Shown: positions 20,925 to 26,825 of the stretch, one piece after another | Numbering within the stretch: position 1 is the stretch's first letter | Layout: each line of letters begins with the position of its first letter | Assembly: GCA_049971295.1 (NCBI GenBank) | Contig: JBMFLH010000021.1 | Span: 1-26,825, forward strand | Length of the DNA: 26,825 nucleotides | Direction of reading: 5' to 3' | Origin: Candidatus Ratteibacteria bacterium | GTDB lineage: Bacteria; Ratteibacteria; UBA8468; B48-G9; DTJG01 | Translations under genes and position numbers: made by a program | The notes under the pieces: model-generated | Seen by the model: only the letters and a program-made list of their open reading frames with translations | Database searches by the model: none | What the model was told of the DNA's origin: nothing

Positions 20925-21797
20925 TTAAATTGGTGTTCCATCCTTCTGGACCAGACGGTGAAATTCTTCTCTGATTTTTCTGGTTAAAGGGCCCAATTTC
21001 CCTGAACCGATTTTTCTTCCATCAATCAAAGTAACAGGAATAATTTCCGCTGCTGTGCCGGTGAGAAAACATTCGTCTGAATTATAGAGATCATATCTTG
21101 TCAACAATTTCTCGTCAACATCAAGCCCTATTTCTTTACCGATTTGAATCACAGCGTCCCTCGTAATTCCATCGAGAGCCCCTGCAAAAATTGGTGGGGT
21201 TAGAAGTTTATTTTCAACCACGATGAAAATATTTTCCCCTGTACACTCTGCGACATATCCTTCATTGTTAAGAAAAAGCCCTTCCATTGCTCCTGCATTT
21301 GTTGCCTCAATCTTGGCAAGTATATTGTTCAGGTAATTCAAGGATTTTATGGCAGGATTCAAACTTTCGGTCAGATTCCTTCTGGTGGCAATAGTCACAA
21401 CAGATAGTCCTTTTTCATAATATTCCTCAGGATAAAGCTTGATTTTGCTTGCAATAACGAAAATCGTTGGCTCCGGGCATTTCCTCGGGTCAAGTCCGAG
21501 GTCTCCTACCCCGCGGGTTACAACAACCCGAATGTAAGAATCCCGTAATTTATTTTTCTTTACGGTCATTTTAATAATTTCTGCCATTTCTTCCATTGAA
21601 ACAGGAATTTCAAGAAGTATGGCTTTCGCAGATTTATACAACCTTTGAATGTGCTGGTACAAACGGAAAATTTTTCCATCATATGAACGCAATCCCTCAA
21701 AAACACCATCACCATAGAGCAATCCGTGGTCAAACACAGAAATTTTTGCCTGTTTTTCGTCAACAAATTTGCCGTCAAGATATATCCATAATCCCAT
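20925..21797 (-). CDS. ilvE: Branched-chain amino acid aminotransferase (PLP fold type IV)
   Basis: 290 aa. DHGLLYGDGVFEG, YIRVVVTRGVGDLGLDP, KSLNYLNN, ECTGENIF, LDGITR, FLTGTAAE. Confidence 0.95.
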   Translation of the reverse strand: MGLWIYLDGKFVDEKQAKISVFDHGLLYGDGVFEGLRSYDGKIFRLYQHIQRLYKSAKAILLEIPVSMEEMAEIIKMTVKKNKLRDSYIRVVVTRGVGDLGLDPRKCPEPTIFVIASKIKLYPEEYYEKGLSVVTIATRRNLTESLNPAIKSLNYLNNILAKIEATNAGAMEGLFLNNEGYVAECTGENIFIVVENKLLTPPIFAGALDGITRDAVIQIGKEIGLDVDEKLLTRYDLYNSDECFLTGTAAEIIPVTLIDGRKIGSGKLGPLTRKIREEFHRLVQKDGTPI

Positions 21798-21799
21798 TT

Positions 21800-22492
21800 T
21801 TACTCCCTTTTGATAATTTTTCCGTTAGATAAGTATATGACATTTGTCGCAATTTTCAAAAAATTTTCGTTGTGAGTGGCTATCACAAAAGTTTTGCCTT
21901 TTTCCTTATTCAAAGATTGTATTAGAGAAATCAGTTCAAGAGAAGAGTCCCTGTCAAGATTCCCTGTGGGCTCATCAGCAAAAACAACTTCTGGGTCACA
22001 TATAAGACTTCTGCATATACCAATCCTTTGTTTTTCTCCACCAGAAAGATTGTTAGGATATGTTTGAAGTTTGTGTTCGAGATGAAATTCTCTGAGAATT
22101 TTTTGGACTTTTTCTCTGTGTTCACTTATTGATCTGTCAGGATGTTTAATCATCAAAGGTATCATAATATTTTCTTCAACGCTTAATTCTGGAATTAAGT
22201 AAAAAAATTGAAAGACAAAACCAAACATTCTATTGCGTATTGTGGCGGCTTCTTTTTCTTCAAGCGATGATACATCCTTGCCATCGAGAATCACTTTGCC
22301 TGAATTCGGTTTATCCAGTAAAGCAAGAATATTCAGCAGTGTGGTCTTTCCTGAACCAGATGGTCCAAGAATCACAGTAACATTACCTTTCGAAATCGTT
22401 AGCGTAATGTCATCAAGTGCTTTCACATTATTCTCATAACTTTTCATAATATGTTCTGCATAAATGATTGCGTGATTTTCAGCCATATTCAT
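21800..22492 (-). CDS. lolD: Lipoprotein-releasing ABC transporter ATP-binding protein (LolD/MacB-type)
   Basis: 230 aa. GPSGSGKT, GFVFQF, LSGGEKQR, ADEPTGNLD, ATH; ATGA overlap with the lolC/E permease. Confidence 0.88.
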   Translation of the reverse strand: MNMAENHAIIYAEHIMKSYENNVKALDDITLTISKGNVTVILGPSGSGKTTLLNILALLDKPNSGKVILDGKDVSSLEEKEAATIRNRMFGFVFQFFYLIPELSVEENIMIPLMIKHPDRSISEHREKVQKILREFHLEHKLQTYPNNLSGGEKQRIGICRSLICDPEVVFADEPTGNLDRDSSLELISLIQSLNKEKGKTFVIATHNENFLKIATNVIYLSNGKIIKRE

Positions 22493-23670
22493 TCATACCT
22501 CAATGCTGTTGCTGGTTCAAGCTTTCCTGCCCTGTAAGCAGGAAATATTGATGCAATAAGTGTTGTAATGAAAACTGCCGCACATATTAAGAATATTTCC
22601 ATAGGTGAAATCTCAATGGGTAAATACGAAATGCTGTATATATATTCAGGAAGATGGACAATATTGTATCTTTTCAACACCCAGACAATAATTCCCCCAA
22701 GCACCAGTCCACTTACCAAACCTCTGATTCCGAGTAAAAATCCCTGAATCAAAAACACCGCCCGAATCTGGGATTTTGTCAACCCAAGTGCCTTCAATAC
22801 CCCAATTTCTCTGATTTTTCTATACACAGTCATCATCAAGCTGCTTGCGATATTAAACGAAGCCACAATAATAATAATGGCTAAAATTAACAGCATCGCC
22901 TTTTTTTCAAGAGCAAGGGCGGCAAAAAGAATTTTATTTTTTTTAATCCATGTGGTTACCTGCGCATCCGAAGGTACCATGCTTTTCACAATTTCTGCTA
23001 TTTTTTCGCAATGATAAATATCGTTGACAGTAATGCCGATACTTGCAATCTGTCTTCCTGAGAGAAAGTTTTTTTGGAAACTTTCAAGAGATATAATTCC
23101 TATTGATACATCAACATTATACACGCCGTATTCTACAATTCCTGCCACCTTAAAAACATATTCACGCGGTGGAATTCCTCCGATAACTACGACAGGATCA
23201 CCAACATTGGCATCAAGTTCTTTTGCAAGTTCACTTCCAAGTATTATTCCGCCTGAATAAATTCCTTCAAGGTTGCCCTGTCTGATAAATTTTCTTGCGC
23301 AGGCAATTTCACTATCTCCTTCAATACCTCTGAGGTAACCTCCGATCAAATACTGAGACGATTTATAAATAATCTGTGTCTGGGCAAAATATCCAGTACC
23401 TGTGATCCCTGGTATTTGTTTTAAGCGTTCTGCAATGTTTATGTAGTCAGTTAGATATGGATTACCTTCTACAACAATGTGAGGTTGCGCTCCAATAATT
23501 TTTCTTTTCAGATCATTGCTGAAGCCGTTCATCACTCCCAGCACAATCATTAAACTCGCCACTCCCAGAGCAATGCCAGTGACACTAACAAAGCTTGTAA
23601 AATAGATAAAGCTTTCCTTGTGTCTTCTTCCGATAAACCTGCGAGCAAGAAAAAACAGACATCTGTTCAT
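22489..23670 (-). CDS. lolE: Lipoprotein-releasing ABC transporter permease LolC/E
   Basis: GIALGVASLMIVLGVMNGF, PHIVV, ILGSELA, W...NKILFAALALEK, VASFNI, EIGVLKALG, FPAYRA...PATALRYE. Start moved to ATG 23670 (MNRCLFFLARRF); the longer ORF start overlaps the divergent gene. Confidence 0.92.
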   Translation of the reverse strand: MNRCLFFLARRFIGRRHKESFIYFTSFVSVTGIALGVASLMIVLGVMNGFSNDLKRKIIGAQPHIVVEGNPYLTDYINIAERLKQIPGITGTGYFAQTQIIYKSSQYLIGGYLRGIEGDSEIACARKFIRQGNLEGIYSGGIILGSELAKELDANVGDPVVVIGGIPPREYVFKVAGIVEYGVYNVDVSIGIISLESFQKNFLSGRQIASIGITVNDIYHCEKIAEIVKSMVPSDAQVTTWIKKNKILFAALALEKKAMLLILAIIIIVASFNIASSLMMTVYRKIREIGVLKALGLTKSQIRAVFLIQGFLLGIRGLVSGLVLGGIIVWVLKRYNIVHLPEYIYSISYLPIEISPMEIFLICAAVFITTLIASIFPAYRAGKLEPATALRYE

Positions 23671-23752
23671 AATTTCAACATTTGACAAATCTTTATATAG
23701 CAATAAATTATTATGCAGGGTATAATATTGTATCATATAAAAAGGAGGGTTT
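23671..23752. promoter_or_regulatory. AT-rich divergent promoter region for the lol-clp-bam-lpx cluster (-) and the isomerase-gamma-rtcB cluster (+)
   Basis: Plus strand: TTGACA (23682-23687)-16 nt-TAAATT, a TATAAT at 23721-23726, SD AGGAGG at 23743-23748. Minus strand: TGATACAAT extended -10 (23735-23727). Confidence 0.6.
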
Positions 23753-24718
23753 ATGAAATTGGGGGTTTTTCTGGTGCTGTTCGGCAGTAAAAAGTTTGAA
23801 GAGGCGCTGGACATTGCAAAAGACCTGGGCCTCGACACAGTGGAAATAGGAACAGGCAATTATCCGGGCAATACCCATTGCAACCCGGATGAACTGTTCG
23901 CCGATGAAGGTAAGTTAAAGTCGTTCAGCAAAGCAGTTGAAAAAAGGGGCCTCGAAATTTCTGCTTTATCCTGTCATGGAAATCCTCTGCATCCAGATAA
24001 AAAAATTGCTGACGCTCACAGACATGTCCAGAGACAGACAATCCTTCTTGCAGAGAAACTCGGCATCAAAAGAATTATTGGATTTTCTGGTTGTCCTGGA
24101 GATAGTGAAAATGCGAAATCACCAAACTGGGTGACCTGTCCCTGGCCGGAAGACTTTTCGAAAACCCTTGCCTGGCAGTGGGAAAATTGCGTGATACCAT
24201 ACTGGAAACAAGAAGCGGAATTTGCAAAGAAGCACAATGTAACTCAAATATGTCTTGAAATGCATCCGGGCTTTGTTGTTTACAATCCTGAAACTTTATT
24301 AAAATTGCGAGATGCAGCTGGTGAAGTCATTGGCGCAAATTTTGATCCCAGTCATCTATTCTGGCAGGGAATCGATCCGATCGCTGCTGTAAGAAAACTT
24401 GCCGGCGCCATATATCATGTCCATGCCAAAGACACAAAAATTGATAGCATTAACTGTTCAGTCAATGGGATTCTTGATACAAAAACATATCTTGACGAAA
24501 TCAATCGTTCCTGGATTTTCAGAACTGTTGGGTACGGACACGGCGAAGAATTCTGGAGAGATTTCATAAGCAATCTGAGACTATCTGGATATGATGGAAC
24601 TTTAAGCATTGAACACGAGGACAGTTTGATGAGCATTGATGAGGGATTGAAAAAGGCCATTTCTTTTCTTAAAAACATTCTGATTAGTGAACCAAAACCC
24701 AAGGCATGGTGGACTTGA
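23753..24718 (+). CDS. Sugar phosphate isomerase/epimerase family TIM-barrel protein (resembles the B. subtilis YfiH type)
   Basis: 321 aa. VEIGTGNYPG, SALSCHGNPLHP, WQW, LEMHPG, NFDPSHLFWQGIDP, HVHAKD, FRTVGYGH, SIEHED, terminal WW; strong SD. Confidence 0.9.
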   Translation: MKLGVFLVLFGSKKFEEALDIAKDLGLDTVEIGTGNYPGNTHCNPDELFADEGKLKSFSKAVEKRGLEISALSCHGNPLHPDKKIADAHRHVQRQTILLAEKLGIKRIIGFSGCPGDSENAKSPNWVTCPWPEDFSKTLAWQWENCVIPYWKQEAEFAKKHNVTQICLEMHPGFVVYNPETLLKLRDAAGEVIGANFDPSHLFWQGIDPIAAVRKLAGAIYHVHAKDTKIDSINCSVNGILDTKTYLDEINRSWIFRTVGYGHGEEFWRDFISNLRLSGYDGTLSIEHEDSLMSIDEGLKKAISFLKNILISEPKPKAWWT

Positions 24719-25293
24719 AAAATCACAACAGTCGCCAGTGGAAAATTATTCTTGGCGGCTCTGGCGGTCAGGGCATTGTCACCATGGGCAGAATTCTGGC
24801 GTACGCAGGAGTAATAAAAAAACTCAATGTGAGTTTTCTGCCCGCATATGGTGCCGAAATGCGTGGTGGGTATGTGCATAGCATGCTTTCACTATCAACA
24901 GGAGAACTTGTTTCACCTGTTATTTCACAAGCTGATTATGGTGTCTTTCTCAATGAAAGTTCTATGCAATTACTCAGTCAATACCTGAAAGAAGACGCCT
25001 GGATCTTATGGAACAGTTCCCTGATCAAGCCAGCAAGGCGCAATAAAAATCACGATATAGGCATTCCTGCGTCTGAAATTGCCGAAAAACTTGGCAGTAT
25101 AAAAATTGCAAATATGGTTATGCTCGGAGCTTTACTGAAAATTCTTAAAAAATCGTCATTTCCCATCAGTGAAAAAGAAGTTGAAACCAGTATCAAGCAT
25201 GTCATGGGTGAAAACAAAAAAAACTCAACTTTGAATTTCAGAGCATTCTCAGAAGGGATAAAACTGGTTGAAGAGGTGATGAAAAATGTCTGA
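24706..25293 (+). CDS. 2-oxoacid:ferredoxin oxidoreductase gamma subunit (PorC/KorC family), stand-alone
   Basis: 195 aa. GGSGGQG, LAYAG, PAYGAEMRGG, SPVI, IPASEIAEKLG, ANMVMLGAL, N-x-x-AF-x-x-G. Confidence 0.88.
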   Translation: MVDLKNHNSRQWKIILGGSGGQGIVTMGRILAYAGVIKKLNVSFLPAYGAEMRGGYVHSMLSLSTGELVSPVISQADYGVFLNESSMQLLSQYLKEDAWILWNSSLIKPARRNKNHDIGIPASEIAEKLGSIKIANMVMLGALLKILKKSSFPISEKEVETSIKHVMGENKKNSTLNFRAFSEGIKLVEEVMKNV

Positions 25294-26734
25294 CTGGAAA
25301 TCAGAAATCACCCAGATTGGTCCATGTAGATGGATGATACCACGGAAAAACCAGATGCAGGTGCCAGGTATCATTTATATTTCAGAAACAATGCTTCATC
25401 GAGCCTTTGAAGACAATGTTCTTCAACAGGTTGCCAATGTTGCGTGCCTGCCCGGGATTATTTCCTATAGTCTTGCAATGCCTGATGTTCACTGGGGATA
25501 TGGAGCGCCTATCGGTGGAGTCGCAGCATTCAGGAAGGACAGCGGTGTCATTGTTCCTGGATTTGTTGGATATGATATTAATTGCGGAGTACGACTAATT
25601 CGGTCTGACATCATGGCATCAGAAATTGAAGATAAACTTGAAAAAGTTGTTCATTGTTTATACTCAAACATCCCTTCTGGTGTTGGTTCGACGGGAAAAA
25701 TTATTTTAAAGACAAACGAAGTGGACCAAGTATTATCTCAGGGAGCAAGTTATGCTCTAAAACAGGGTTACGGCTGGAATTCTGATATTGAAAGAACAGA
25801 AGAAACAGGTTGTATGAAAACAGCAGACCCTGACTGCGTAAGTCCAAGAGCAAAGGAAAGAGGTTCTGACCAGCTGGGAACCCTTGGTTCTGGAAATCAT
25901 TTCCTTGAAATTCAGCAGGTTGTGGAAATTTATAATAAAGAAGCAGCAAAAGTATTTGGCTTATTTGAAAATCAAATCACAGTGATGGTGCATACTGGAA
26001 GTCGGGGGCTTGGATATCAGGTTTGCGATGATTACCTTGCTACCTTTGGCAAAGTATTATCAAAATACGGGATTAATCTTCCAGACAGGCAGCTTGCCTG
26101 CGCGCCGGTTGACTCAAAGGAAGGAAAGAATTATTTTGCTGCAATGAGTGCTGCCGCAAATTTTGCCTGGGCAAACAGACAGATTATTACTCACTGGATT
26201 AGAGAATGTTTTGAAAAGGTATTTGCTGTGCCTGCCGAAAGGTTGGGACTTTTTGTGGTTTATGATGTTGCCCACAATATTGCAAAGTATGAAAAGCACT
26301 CTTTCGAAAGCAAAGACGCCTATGTATATGTTCATCGCAAAGGCGCAACAAGAGCATTTCCAAAGGGACACAATGCAGTATGCGAAGTTTACAGAAACAT
26401 TGGACAACCTGTCATCATTCCTGGAACCATGGGAACAAGTTCCTATGTGCTTGTTGGCACACAACAGGCATTAAATGAAACCTGGGGCTCAACCTGCCAT
26501 GGAGCAGGAAGATTAATGTCAAGAGCGCAGGCAATCAAGAAAAGCAAAGGAAGAAAAATAGAAGAAGAACTCTTATCTCTTGGTGTTTTGGCAAAAGCAA
26601 AAAGCAGGGGCGGACTTGCTGAAGAAATTCCTGAAGCGTACAAAGATGTGGATGAAATAGTGAGAGTTGTTGAACAAGCAGGATTATCAACAAAGGTTGC
26701 GAAAATGAAACCCCTTGCAGTAATCAAGGGATAA
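25286..26734 (+). CDS. rtcB: RtcB RNA 2',3'-cyclic phosphate/3'-phosphate--5'-OH ligase (archaeal/eukaryote-like long form)
   Basis: 482 aa. MPDVHWGYG, GYDINCGVR, GTLGSGNHFLE, HTGSRGLG, YDVAHN, HRKGATRAF, PGTMG, STCHGAGR, EEIPEAYKDV, terminal IKG. Confidence 0.97.
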   Translation: MSDWKSEITQIGPCRWMIPRKNQMQVPGIIYISETMLHRAFEDNVLQQVANVACLPGIISYSLAMPDVHWGYGAPIGGVAAFRKDSGVIVPGFVGYDINCGVRLIRSDIMASEIEDKLEKVVHCLYSNIPSGVGSTGKIILKTNEVDQVLSQGASYALKQGYGWNSDIERTEETGCMKTADPDCVSPRAKERGSDQLGTLGSGNHFLEIQQVVEIYNKEAAKVFGLFENQITVMVHTGSRGLGYQVCDDYLATFGKVLSKYGINLPDRQLACAPVDSKEGKNYFAAMSAAANFAWANRQIITHWIRECFEKVFAVPAERLGLFVVYDVAHNIAKYEKHSFESKDAYVYVHRKGATRAFPKGHNAVCEVYRNIGQPVIIPGTMGTSSYVLVGTQQALNETWGSTCHGAGRLMSRAQAIKKSKGRKIEEELLSLGVLAKAKSRGGLAEEIPEAYKDVDEIVRVVEQAGLSTKVAKMKPLAVIKG

Positions 26735-26825
26735 ACACAGCCGCAGAAACAAATAGTTCCGTAATAGGTAAAGTTTTCATAAAAATACTTCTACCACAGG
26801 CACTCAGACCAGAAAAAGGTGGTTT

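Noticed and set aside
23671..23859. N-terminal extension of the LolC/E ORF
   Set aside because: It crosses the promoter region and overlaps the divergent gene; family similarity begins at ATG 23670.
26724..26825. Open minus-strand frame entering from the right edge (KPPFSGL...VFIP*)
   Set aside because: Only 33 codons with no recognisable motif; it cannot be distinguished from chance without flanking sequence.

Overview
Low-GC (roughly 38% by eye), gene-dense bacterial chromosomal window from a diderm, lipid A-making organism. The gene set and order (lpxC-fabZ fusion, ilvE-mcsA-mcsB-clpC-bamA, DUF4838-type protein, divergent RNase HII-like gene) suggest a PVC-related lineage such as Omnitrophota/Ratteibacteria; this is inference. 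Left to right: (1) a minus-strand run, transcribed in the order PilZ-domain protein, HAMP/HD-GYP phosphodiesterase, rmuC, TIM-barrel sugar isomerase, and a DUF4838-like secreted protein that runs off the left edge and is absent from the ORF track; (2) plus-strand AEC transporter, then a small possibly Sm-like protein and a divergent RNase HII-like protein; (3) minus-strand nitroreductase-lemA-htpX; (4) a ~250 bp relic of a PIF1-like helicase/WYL-type gene; (5) a tightly coupled 12.7 kb, 11-gene minus-strand cluster lolC/E-lolD-ilvE-mcsA-mcsB-clpC-bamA-skp-lpxD-lpxC/fabZ-lpxA; (6) plus-strand TIM-barrel sugar isomerase, an orphan 2-oxoacid:ferredoxin oxidoreductase gamma subunit, and archaeal-type rtcB. 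I found no rRNA, tRNA, CRISPR array or intact mobile element. Most of the window is housekeeping. The best candidates for something undescribed are the Sm-like + altered-active-site RNase HII-like pair and the orphan gamma subunit overlapping rtcB. All family calls come from by-eye motif recognition, not database searches.
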